Virus record (IMG/VR): IMGVR_UViG_3300031539_000009
Coordinates: 18,157 to 82,156 of that record
Length of the DNA: 64,000 nucleotides
From: a virus
Direction: 5' to 3' (one strand)
The position numbers and the translations under genes were made by a program. Below are positions 46,703 to 55,922 of the stretch, in pieces. The first letter of the stretch is position 1; every line of letters starts with the position of its first letter. A model generated the notes under the pieces. That model saw nothing but the letters and a program-made list of their open reading frames with translations. It was not told the DNA's origin and ran no database searches.

Positions 46703-47017
46703 TTAGTTGATGTTTGCGATCCACTGGAACACGCTGTCGGCAACCGCAATGGCCGCAGCGATGGTGATCCTGGTCCCGTTGGTTTCCTCAACCAGCGTGA
46801 TTCCGTCCCCGTCAGCTGCGATCAGGGTCACGGCCCCGGTCTCATCGATGGCCCAGCATTCTGCTCCATCCTGCAGCTTCAGTTTTTTGTACTCCAGCAG
46901 ATCGGTGTTGTTCCTGAGAACGATCTGGTCAACGCCAGCCCCTTCCAGGAAAATTTCCACGTCAGCGTCAGCGCCAACGAACTGGTCCTGTTTGGTTGAT
47001 AACACATTCGATCCCAT
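46703..47017 (-). CDS. hypothetical protein (possible head decoration)
   Basis: Directly after the major capsid gene. Confidence 0.55.
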   Translation of the reverse strand: MGSNVLSTKQDQFVGADADVEIFLEGAGVDQIVLRNNTDLLEYKKLKLQDGAECWAIDETGAVTLIAADGDGITLVEETNGTRITIAAAIAVADSVFQWIANIN

Positions 47018-47065
47018 GTTATTGTCCCCCTTATGGTTTCATTTCAACGTGGTTGCCCACCCTTT

Positions 47066-48265
47066 TTACAGGGTGGACTCCACATCGATGGCCTTGACGA
47101 TGGCGTCAACCTCTTCAAAGTTCACGGACACCTTGGCGGTGATGGCGAACTCGTTGACCCGTCTGTAGATGTTGCGGTCCCGCTCAATGCGGATGTCCCG
47201 CCCGATTCCCACGATGAAGTTGTTGTAGTGGGTCAGAATCAGCTGGGACTGGACCTCATAGGTGACCTTGACGATCTGGCCGTCACCGATGGCTCCCAAC
47301 GCCACTCTGACGATGGTGCCGTTGACTTCATCCAGAGTGTAATCGGTCCCGCCGCCCACATAAGGGGTGGTGGGGGTGCGATTCAGGTCACTGGGCGTCA
47401 CGACTTCGCTGCCTGCGATGATGTTCTTGTAGCGCAGCGACACGGCAGTGGTCCCGGAAAGCTGGACGTGCTCCACGATGGTGGGATTGCCCGGCATGAG
47501 CGGAACAGGCACGACCTCGATGCCGAACGCCATGAGCTTGCCGCTGCTGGTGAGAGCCACGTCACCGCCCGCCGTCTCACGCTTGGCAATGGTGTCTCTG
47601 TAGATCTGCTCCAGGTCGCTGGGCATCAGGAAGCGCAGCTGCGCACGGTTGCGCCGGAATTTCCTGGGCATGGCGATGAACATCTTGGAGAACAGGGTGT
47701 GGTCGATGGCCGCACCGGCATTGTCCACGATGTGGCCGCCGTCAGCGATGCGAAGCCAGCCATTGAACAGGGCCAACAGACGGTCCTTGATGTACTTGTC
47801 GGTTTCCTCGCCTTCATCCAGGTCTGCCGGAGTGGCCGCCTGTCCCAACAGGTCACCGTTGATGTACATCTCTTCCATGTCGTTGGCCATCTGGGTCGCC
47901 ATCATCTTGATGACGTGGTCCTCAACCTGCTCGCCCTCGATGTTGATCTCACGGAATGTGTCGCCCAGCTCAAAGGGCACCATGATTTCCTTGGGAGTGA
48001 GCGAGATTTTGGACGTGTTAACGCCCCTGCGCACCCCAGGGTCAATCCCCTCGGCAGCGGGCACCGCCGCACGCTTGCCAACGCCGATCTTGTCGATGTC
48101 CAGTGTTTCAGGAGTGAACCTGACGGTGCGTGCGGCCTGTTTGAGCATCGACTCGTCAACCACATAGTCGATGAACTTGTCAGCTTGCTGCGGGTTCAGC
48201 TTCCCGGCCGCAGCCAGCTGGTGAGTGGTGATGGTCGCTTTTTCGACCAATTCCTGGTTAGTCAT
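47066..48265 (-). CDS. major capsid protein (HK97 fold)
   Basis: GKLNPQQADKFID, NIEG...QMANDMEEMYINGD, MPRKFR and RDIRIERDR. Confidence 0.92.
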   Translation of the reverse strand: MTNQELVEKATITTHQLAAAGKLNPQQADKFIDYVVDESMLKQAARTVRFTPETLDIDKIGVGKRAAVPAAEGIDPGVRRGVNTSKISLTPKEIMVPFELGDTFREINIEGEQVEDHVIKMMATQMANDMEEMYINGDLLGQAATPADLDEGEETDKYIKDRLLALFNGWLRIADGGHIVDNAGAAIDHTLFSKMFIAMPRKFRRNRAQLRFLMPSDLEQIYRDTIAKRETAGGDVALTSSGKLMAFGIEVVPVPLMPGNPTIVEHVQLSGTTAVSLRYKNIIAGSEVVTPSDLNRTPTTPYVGGGTDYTLDEVNGTIVRVALGAIGDGQIVKVTYEVQSQLILTHYNNFIVGIGRDIRIERDRNIYRRVNEFAITAKVSVNFEEVDAIVKAIDVESTL

Positions 48266-48296
48266 TGTTAAAACCCCCTTTTTCCTTTCTGTTGGG

Positions 48297-49289
48297 TTAC
48301 TGGTTCACAGCGGCTTTGGGACCGCTGGACATGTCCACAGCGGACCCGGCCCAGATGTTATTGTCACCTTTGGACTTTTCAACGTCCTCAGTGCCTTCCC
48401 CGGCCTGGCTCTGTCCCGCATTCTTTTCCACGTTGTCCAGCCTGGCTCCGATGCCTTTCAGCTGCTCGGCAATGCTGCCAACGCCCTCAAGCTGCTTGGT
48501 GACCGGCTCCAGTGCCTTGGTGATCTGGGCAGCCACCTCTGATCCGTCGATTTTGATGACAGTGTCCCCGTCAGCGTTTTTTTCCGTCTTGGACTCTTTG
48601 GGGCTGACATCGGCCAGCAGACCTTTGAGAGTGTCCATGGCCTTTTCCACGTCGCCAACGCCCTTTTCAAGCTGGGCCAATCTGGTCTTGCTCAGCTTCG
48701 CCCCGGCCTTTTCCACGTCCTCATCGGTGCCAGTGTCGTCACTGACAGCGTCATCGGACTTTTTGGCTGCCACCGGCCCCATGGCACTCATGGCTTCCTG
48801 CATCATCGCAAGCGCACCCTTGGTGTCACCGGCTTTGAGCTTGGCCATTGCTCCCATGAGCTTCCCTTTGGCAGCCCCGGCCCCGGCCTTTTCCGTGGTT
48901 TCCTCGGTGCCGTCACCGGCATCGTCGCCACCTTTCTGATCCTGGGCTTTTTCGGTTTCGGTGAGCTTCTCAAGCGCACCGGTCATTTTCTCAACGGTTT
49001 CAACCAGCTGGTTTAACACCATCTGATCGCCGTTGGGCTCAGTGGTATCGTTGTCTGCGGTCCCGTCCGCCTTGGTGACATCGTCCACTTCCGCAGCGTC
49101 AACTTTTTGACGCTTCACTTTGGTTTCGTCAGCCATGTTTGGCCCCCCTTTTCTTTTTATGATTGCGTAATCACGCTCATTAGCCCCTGAATCAACCAGG
49201 CTAACCTCTTTGACAGACAGGCCAATGAAACGTCTTTTTGGTTTGGCGGATACATCCACCATGTTCTTTTCTGTGTCTAACTCAGCCAT
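48297..49289 (-). CDS. capsid scaffold protein carrying an N-terminal EVSLVDxxAN protease strand
   Basis: EVSLVDSGAN followed by acidic/helical sequence rich in EK/TK/KA; located upstream of the MCP. Confidence 0.7.
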   Translation of the reverse strand: MAELDTEKNMVDVSAKPKRRFIGLSVKEVSLVDSGANERDYAIIKRKGGPNMADETKVKRQKVDAAEVDDVTKADGTADNDTTEPNGDQMVLNQLVETVEKMTGALEKLTETEKAQDQKGGDDAGDGTEETTEKAGAGAAKGKLMGAMAKLKAGDTKGALAMMQEAMSAMGPVAAKKSDDAVSDDTGTDEDVEKAGAKLSKTRLAQLEKGVGDVEKAMDTLKGLLADVSPKESKTEKNADGDTVIKIDGSEVAAQITKALEPVTKQLEGVGSIAEQLKGIGARLDNVEKNAGQSQAGEGTEDVEKSKGDNNIWAGSAVDMSSGPKAAVNQ

Positions 49290-49307
49290 TCATTGCTTCC
49301 CCCCTTT

Positions 49308-50462
49308 TTACGCAGGTATGGTCCTGGCTATTCCGCCGATTGAGAAAGCACGCAGCTTTCCTGCCTTGACATCATCCCAGGTGTTGTCGTCTAGCACTTT
49401 CACGGTCATTATCCAGGAGCCAGCCTTGACATGCTGGTTACCCAGCGCCATCGGTTGCGGAGCGATGTAGCTTTCAACGATCCTGATTTTGCTAGACTTC
49501 CTGAAGTCACGGTGCATGATGCCCATCTTTTGATACTCTATCATGAAGGCGTGTGCTGCATCGGAGATGACTTTGGCACTGTAAATATCGCCGTGGCTGT
49601 CGGTCACTTCCGGCTCCAGCACAACGCCCGTCACTGTCCTTTCCTCTTCACTGGACTTTGCAATTGGCATCGTCCACGCAAGCTCATCGCCTAATTCCTG
49701 TACTTGTTCACCAGATTCCTTGATCACCTTTTTCGGCTTGTCCATTTCCTGATTCCCCGGCCTGTAAATCATCCACCGCCTTTCCCCGTTGCCAAGAGGC
49801 ACGTTGGTGAATATCCACCTGCCGTTCATAACCTTCCCGCCCTTGAACATGAACTCTTTGTAATTCTCATCCTGGACACCGGCTGTCCAAGTGAATTTGT
49901 CCACTATCTTGAACCGGCTCCAGGAATCATTGGTGGACCCGACTGCGCCTGGCGGATATATTTTGGGTGTTCCATCCCCGACTTTCATCCACGACATTGG
50001 ACCCTTGGCCGTGTCATAGTCGCTGGACAACTTAAATGTCCCGGCCATCCTGGCATATTCCACTTCCCTGAATTTGTTTTCCTTGAACTGATTCCCCGGA
50101 GTGAACACCGTGAATCCTTCCCAATAACCCTTGCCTGCCGGTGCCATGCGAATATCGGTGTGGATGCTAACCGGGTTGACCAGACCAACCAACCGCTTAT
50201 CCGCCGCTGACAAGCCCGACAAATCCACCTTGTCGATCTTGGGGAATGCCTCTGTGTTTCCCGCCGCCGCCCGGCCCAAAGCTGCTTCCCAATTCCCAGG
50301 AGCCAATTGCTTGAGGCGTGTCACCTGGCTGGGTTCCAATTCCACTGGGTCCCACCCAAAAGCAAAACCGGCCCCCATTCGCTTCGCCTGATTTTCTGTC
50401 AGACCACGCTCATGAATCTGGGTGATTCCTTTTCCCTTGTCCCCTGGTTTGAAATCAAACAT
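49308..50462 (-). CDS. XkdF-like prohead serine protease with an N-terminal LigD-phosphoesterase-like domain
   Basis: C-terminal TGVVLEPEVTDSHGD...MH...VESYIAP...GSW...FSIGG; N-terminal QIHERG...HTDIRM...GRWIF. Confidence 0.8.
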   Translation of the reverse strand: MFDFKPGDKGKGITQIHERGLTENQAKRMGAGFAFGWDPVELEPSQVTRLKQLAPGNWEAALGRAAAGNTEAFPKIDKVDLSGLSAADKRLVGLVNPVSIHTDIRMAPAGKGYWEGFTVFTPGNQFKENKFREVEYARMAGTFKLSSDYDTAKGPMSWMKVGDGTPKIYPPGAVGSTNDSWSRFKIVDKFTWTAGVQDENYKEFMFKGGKVMNGRWIFTNVPLGNGERRWMIYRPGNQEMDKPKKVIKESGEQVQELGDELAWTMPIAKSSEEERTVTGVVLEPEVTDSHGDIYSAKVISDAAHAFMIEYQKMGIMHRDFRKSSKIRIVESYIAPQPMALGNQHVKAGSWIMTVKVLDDNTWDDVKAGKLRAFSIGGIARTIPA

Positions 50463-50471
50463 CAGCTGCTC

Positions 50472-50699
50472 CTATGCCGCCGCCGCCCAGAAATATGCGC
50501 TGCGAACATACATTGTTATTTCCTCAAGATATTTGCTTGGGCTGGTCTTGGGGTCATTTTCCGTTTCCAAGCTGCCCACAATTTCCTTGGCCTCACCGGT
50601 TGCGTCCTTGGACCAAGCAAGTTCACCTTTTACGATTCTGAGTGACCCCTGGTGCTTGGCCTTTCCGTTCACCGATTTGTAAAAATTTATTTTGTCCAT
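50472..50699 (-). CDS. small hypothetical protein (candidate immunity protein)
   Basis: Starts 2 nt after the stop of the MuF-kinase gene. Confidence 0.6.
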   Translation of the reverse strand: MDKINFYKSVNGKAKHQGSLRIVKGELAWSKDATGEAKEIVGSLETENDPKTSPSKYLEEITMYVRSAYFWAAAA

Positions 50700-50701
50700 C
50701 T

Positions 50702-52615
50702 TTAATACCCCTTCATCAATCCTTTTTCGCCCATCCCGGTCACCACTTTTTCAAACGCTGTTGCAAAATCATAATCCCTGAAAACGCCCACATTTTCCTG
50801 CATATATTCAAACCTTGCAACCACAGCATTAACTGATGTGTCGTCCAACCCTGAATTGACCAACACATCCTTGAGATCATCAGCTTTTGTTTCCTTGAAG
50901 AACTTGAATATGCTCTGATCGGTCTTCATGGGATCAAGCCCGCCCAACTTAGAATCGCCACGTTGAAGCGCATATCCATTTCCGCCCCTGGGCAATCCTT
51001 GTGGTGCTGCCAGCCCGTTGTCGATGGCATACACCTTGTTTCCTGAAAACATATAGTTGCCCATGTGCCGGTCGCCATTGGCGAACATGGCATCCATGAC
51101 ATCCATCTGTTGGACACGCTTACTCCTGAGTGATTTCAGGAATCGCTCACGGTTGCTCCTGTTAATGTCACCAGCCGTCTTGGCGCCTGGGACTTTTTGC
51201 TGTATGGATACAAACCCGTGACCCTCAACTTCACGTGTAACCGTCCTGGGAACAATACCCCAACCAGATATGTTGTGATCAAACTCAGACAAGGCAGCTT
51301 CCCTGCGAGCCATTGAACCTGGTTTTATCTTCTTGGCTGCTGTTTTCCTTGCCGATGACCCTGGAGGTGCTCTCAAATACTCAAGCAAATTCTTGTGTTC
51401 CCCCGCCGCCGGTTTCATTATCCCGGTGATGCCATCTTCCATCGTCACCCAAAATACTTCATTGGATGCCTGTTGTGCCCCCAATGGCGTTGTGTTCATG
51501 ATCTGACTATTCCGCAAGCTGTTTCCGACCGGGTCAGGCGGAATGAAGACCGGATTGCTTGGTGAGCTTCCCGGCTTCAACGCATCCATCGCAGGCACCT
51601 GTATTGAACCTGATTGGAAGCTGTGAACCACAACGACCGTCCTACACCTGAAGTGATATGGTGGCAGAGCCATTCCGGCCTTGGCCAGCTGCGACTCATC
51701 CATGCCTTTGATATCGGTCGGTGACTTCCACTGAACAGTCTTGAGCGCATCTGCTTTGTTGTTTGCACCCAAGTAATCATCCATGTAGGTCTGGGCAACC
51801 TGAATATCAAATGTTTGCCCGTCCATCAACCTACATATTTCAGATGTCCGCTGGTCCATGACAGCTTCGATCTTGTAGGTGGCAACCCCGGCCTGGGTGA
51901 ATGTTGATATCCTTCCAAAGTTGGCCGCCCTGTTTTGGATGGTCCCGGCCAACCCCTTGAAATAACTCCGAACGCTTCCTGGGAAAGTTGATGGAACCAG
52001 GTCTGCTAAGGTGCTTGCCCCGGCTGCCAACCCCAATTCCTTTGCCAGCTGTTTTTCCAATTCCCCGGCCGCAACTGTCCGGCTGTATCCGCTCTCAAGC
52101 ATCACCCTCGTGGTAATATCCCGGACCCGCTTTGAAAGCGCATCATTGTAAAAATCGCCTATCCACCACACCTGTTCCCTGGCCAACGCCTGGACTGCGT
52201 TTTGATCAATCTGATTCAACGCATATTTGATTCCGAACGTCTTGGCCATCGTGCCCTTTTCCGCCATGTACAGGGCTGATGTGGCAGCGATGAGTTGCTG
52301 GACTTCACTCTTGGACAAGGTGCTGAATTGTCCTGCCGCCCAAGTCATCGCCCGATCTATTCTGGCCTGGCTTAATTCTCCACCCTTCAACTGCCCAATG
52401 ATTCCTGCCATGGCCTTTTTAGCCTTGCCCTGGAACTGCTCCAACATCACAGTGCTGAGCCTGGCCTCTGCTAACCGGCCTGTATTTGCCTTCTCAACAT
52501 GGCCTATATCTGCCAGCATTTCATCGAGAATGGCAGCCCCTGCCACGATGTCACCTGTATCCATGGTATGAACCACACCACTGAATCCAAGCATATTTCG
52601 TGCCAGGTTATTCAT
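50702..52615 (-). CDS. MuF (SPP1 gp7-like) minor head protein fused to a HipA/PI3-PI4-kinase-like domain
   Basis: AVMDQRTSEICRLMDG...PPYHFRCRT (MuF), then MKP...REAA...VPRTV...NGDRHMGN...AIDNGLA (kinase). Confidence 0.85.
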   Translation of the reverse strand: MNNLARNMLGFSGVVHTMDTGDIVAGAAILDEMLADIGHVEKANTGRLAEARLSTVMLEQFQGKAKKAMAGIIGQLKGGELSQARIDRAMTWAAGQFSTLSKSEVQQLIAATSALYMAEKGTMAKTFGIKYALNQIDQNAVQALAREQVWWIGDFYNDALSKRVRDITTRVMLESGYSRTVAAGELEKQLAKELGLAAGASTLADLVPSTFPGSVRSYFKGLAGTIQNRAANFGRISTFTQAGVATYKIEAVMDQRTSEICRLMDGQTFDIQVAQTYMDDYLGANNKADALKTVQWKSPTDIKGMDESQLAKAGMALPPYHFRCRTVVVVHSFQSGSIQVPAMDALKPGSSPSNPVFIPPDPVGNSLRNSQIMNTTPLGAQQASNEVFWVTMEDGITGIMKPAAGEHKNLLEYLRAPPGSSARKTAAKKIKPGSMARREAALSEFDHNISGWGIVPRTVTREVEGHGFVSIQQKVPGAKTAGDINRSNRERFLKSLRSKRVQQMDVMDAMFANGDRHMGNYMFSGNKVYAIDNGLAAPQGLPRGGNGYALQRGDSKLGGLDPMKTDQSIFKFFKETKADDLKDVLVNSGLDDTSVNAVVARFEYMQENVGVFRDYDFATAFEKVVTGMGEKGLMKGY

Positions 52616-54419
52616 TGTCAGCTTCATCCTCATCTTCATCCGGCTCATCCACGTCGGCTTCATAGTCGGATAGCAACCCCTGCCATCCCAGCTGCCCGGT
52701 CCTCAACAGCAATTCAGCGTCCAGGGCATTCCTCATGAAGAGCAATGACTCAACCAGCTTCCCGTCTGCGCCCTTCCGCACCGGCTGTCCGGCCACCTGG
52801 GCACCTACACCAACCGTGGTCCCCATGTTAACAGGTGCGACATTCTTGGCCGCCTCTGCCACAAGTATCGTGAATGGCGTGTCCGCCTTGTCGCCCAATT
52901 CCTCATCGATGTTCCCCAGCTGCATCCCCATAATATCCTCAGTCATGATCCGGGCAATCCTTGGGGTCATCCCGCCGGACCTTTCTGCCGCCGACATAAC
53001 CTTGGTCACGCTGGCGTCATCGGTCACGTCAGGTGTGTTCGTCTTGAACTTGTAATATTTGGCCTGTAGCCGGGCCATCAACGTGGCGTTGATCACCCAG
53101 TCATCCTCATTCCTTTCTGGAGCAAACACTTGCTCTTCAGTATCCCGCCTGGACTGTTGCATTGTGGCCCGGTTGTAGTCCTTGATTTCGCCCAGGAATA
53201 ATGGGGACAGCCGGAATGATCGCCTGACCTTGTCATTGTTCCCCTTGTCATACTCCTGGAACATAGCGTCTGACATCTGCTGGTCCTTCAACGGCTTGAT
53301 GTCCATTTTCATGGTGCCGCTTCCGGTCAACTCTGGCATCTCACTCGCTGGTTCAGCTTCCAATATCAGGAATCGGCTGTAATTCGATTCACCTTGAATC
53401 TGTTCCTCAACGAACTGCTGGACCCGGTTGATTGAGGATTCCGTCAGCTGTCCGTTGGCAACCATGACGACCATGGACGGAATGTTGTTGTTTTTCAGGG
53501 TCACATAGTTGATTTCCTCAGCCGCCCGACTCCCGAAAATGCTGAACAGATTCCCGATGTATCTGGGCAACCCATAAGGTGACCTGGAACTGTACAACTT
53601 GAAATGGATCATCTCGTTGGCCCTCTGAGCAGCTGGCCAACTCTCATCCTTCATATCGCCGGTTTTGACATCATAGACCCTGGGGTCACCGAACTCTTTG
53701 AACCAGGCCTTGTTTCCTTCCCTGATCTGGCAATACATTCTGAACCGCTTCCAAACCGTCCGTTCAACATAGTCCCAAGTGCCATCCTCTTTTTGCTCCA
53801 ACACCTGCTCTTTGACCTGGACCTGCTCTTTGTCCAGCGTTGACAAGCGGACTGTGTGTGACGGAATCTGGTTGACCATCGCCGGGTCACCCTTCAAGTT
53901 GTTGATGATTTCCCAGTAGGCATTCCCGGTGTCTTCAAGATCGTGTCTGGTGTCCCGTTTCACCTTGGTAAATGATTTGCGCCCATATCCGCAATTGCGG
54001 AAAAAATTTTCAACCCTGATCATTTCCTTCCGCATTGCTTCTTTGACAGCTTTGTCTGTGCTCTTGGTCACTGGCACAATCGGTTTCAACTTCCACCCGA
54101 ACCCAGCAATGTTGGTTTCCATCGCCTGAACGCACGGCCCCAACTCTGAACTGTGCTCTTCCAGCTGGGCCAGGGTGAGCAAGTCATATGGCGGATAGAT
54201 CAGCTGGTGGCTGGTGTTGGCTCCATACATCCCCGCAAATGGGTCCTTTCCCAGATCATTGCTGCGTCCAGCGACTTCGCCGCCCTGCTTGGTCACACCT
54301 ACCACGATGGCACGAACTGTTTTCTGGTTCTGACTTTCCGTCACAACCTTTTTCCGCTCCACCGGCTGAGCACGCCTGGATTTTTTCACCGGCAACTGTC
54401 TGATGTTATCATCGCCCAT
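52608..54419 (-). CDS. portal protein (PBSX-like)
   Basis: DLEDTGNAYWEI, EMIHFK...YGLP, SFRLSPLFLG...NRAT; follows TerL. Confidence 0.92.
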   Translation of the reverse strand: MGDDNIRQLPVKKSRRAQPVERKKVVTESQNQKTVRAIVVGVTKQGGEVAGRSNDLGKDPFAGMYGANTSHQLIYPPYDLLTLAQLEEHSSELGPCVQAMETNIAGFGWKLKPIVPVTKSTDKAVKEAMRKEMIRVENFFRNCGYGRKSFTKVKRDTRHDLEDTGNAYWEIINNLKGDPAMVNQIPSHTVRLSTLDKEQVQVKEQVLEQKEDGTWDYVERTVWKRFRMYCQIREGNKAWFKEFGDPRVYDVKTGDMKDESWPAAQRANEMIHFKLYSSRSPYGLPRYIGNLFSIFGSRAAEEINYVTLKNNNIPSMVVMVANGQLTESSINRVQQFVEEQIQGESNYSRFLILEAEPASEMPELTGSGTMKMDIKPLKDQQMSDAMFQEYDKGNNDKVRRSFRLSPLFLGEIKDYNRATMQQSRRDTEEQVFAPERNEDDWVINATLMARLQAKYYKFKTNTPDVTDDASVTKVMSAAERSGGMTPRIARIMTEDIMGMQLGNIDEELGDKADTPFTILVAEAAKNVAPVNMGTTVGVGAQVAGQPVRKGADGKLVESLLFMRNALDAELLLRTGQLGWQGLLSDYEADVDEPDEDEDEADNE

Positions 54420-54427
54420 AGCTTACC

Positions 54428-55921
54428 TCAAATCACCCCTGGTTCTGATTTTCTTTTCTTGCGTGTCCGAACCTTCCCCAACGCCATCCTGGTCGCAATC
54501 TCGATGGCGTCAAACATATCATCATGCTCACCATCGGGAAGCTGAACCAATTCAGACAAAAGATCGGTCTGTCCCGATCTGAAGAACATGCGCCCGTCCT
54601 GAAGGTGAGAACTCAACAACCACGCTCTTGTCGTCTTGTCCGTTTGGGTAAAGATCGGAACAACAGGAACATCTTGATATTGAGGATTGGCCTTGATCTG
54701 TTGTGGCACGACCGCCTGGAAGGCATTGGCCTCAATCCCGACTCTGGCTGGCTTGTGACGCCTGGCCATTGCTATGATCTTTTCAATCTGCTGGTTCATT
54801 GTGTATCGCCCACGGATGACTTCATCAACATAAAATTCCCGCTTGTCCCTGTGATGAGCAATAACTGCGGCCGCAAAAAAATCGCCGCCCGCTTTCCCTA
54901 CAGACAAATCAACTCCCATCCACTTGACTGTCCCGCCCGGAACATTCTCAAATCTTTTCTGAAGCCAATCCCACAGAACAATCTTGCCCTGCATCCCCTC
55001 GACATTCTGTTGATACTGGCCATCGAAAAACACTGGCCCCATTTTCTGTCGGTGCTTCACCAACCACTCCAACGGGAATTTTTCAGGCCACTGTGAACGC
55101 CCCTCTTCAATGGAACAACCGTCAGGAATCTCAACCGCCGGAAGTGTTAGAGTGCTGTTCACCATATCGTTGTGGAGCATGTGGTTGTAAAAATCCTCTG
55201 GGTGGTATCTGGTCCCAAGAATATGCAACTCACCTTCCGGCTCCAGCGTGGGCAACAGAACTTTGTAGAACCACGTCTTGAGCTTCTCACGTTGGCCCTT
55301 GGTCCGGCTGTTGTCTTCATCAACCAGGTCATCGCCAATAATTATGTCAAAATGCCGCCCCGGAAGTGCGCCCCCAATCCCTATACAGGTGAAGGTGCTT
55401 TCCTTGGCATACGTGGTGCGAGGCAACACATTTGCCTCTTTTTCATGCCACTTGTCGGGGTGCCTTTGTTCCCCGAAAATGTCCACCAGCTTCTGATTGT
55501 GCTCCAGGTGCCCTTTGATTTCCTTCAGAAAGGTCTCAGCCTGGTTCTGCGTCTTGGAAGCAATCAGAATTCTGATGTTGGGATTTTTCAATGCCTGTTC
55601 GATTCCGAACGTGACATCACCCATCGTGGACTTTCCCGAACCACGCCATCCCAGGATCATGGAGTGCTTGTGGATCCGCTGGTGGTCAAGTATCGCAGCG
55701 TGAAAATCCAGCACTTGATACCCCAAGACCTTCCTGGCAAGAATATCAGACCGGCCCTGTTGGAACACCGCCCGTCTGATCATTTCATTCTTGATCTCCA
55801 TGTGCGACTTCAGCCTGGTGAGCATCCCGTCCCGCACGGACTGCTCTTTCACCTGCGGCTGAACCACCTGGAACTTGCCCCGGAGTGCATTCACGTCTGC
55901 TATGTTAACAGTGTCTGTCAT
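54428..55921 (-). CDS. terminase large subunit
   Basis: Walker A WRGSGKS, Walker B IIGDD, GTRYH, nuclease GVDLS and HDDMFDA. Confidence 0.95.
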   Translation of the reverse strand: MTDTVNIADVNALRGKFQVVQPQVKEQSVRDGMLTRLKSHMEIKNEMIRRAVFQQGRSDILARKVLGYQVLDFHAAILDHQRIHKHSMILGWRGSGKSTMGDVTFGIEQALKNPNIRILIASKTQNQAETFLKEIKGHLEHNQKLVDIFGEQRHPDKWHEKEANVLPRTTYAKESTFTCIGIGGALPGRHFDIIIGDDLVDEDNSRTKGQREKLKTWFYKVLLPTLEPEGELHILGTRYHPEDFYNHMLHNDMVNSTLTLPAVEIPDGCSIEEGRSQWPEKFPLEWLVKHRQKMGPVFFDGQYQQNVEGMQGKIVLWDWLQKRFENVPGGTVKWMGVDLSVGKAGGDFFAAAVIAHHRDKREFYVDEVIRGRYTMNQQIEKIIAMARRHKPARVGIEANAFQAVVPQQIKANPQYQDVPVVPIFTQTDKTTRAWLLSSHLQDGRMFFRSGQTDLLSELVQLPDGEHDDMFDAIEIATRMALGKVRTRKKRKSEPGVI

Positions 55922-55922
55922 C

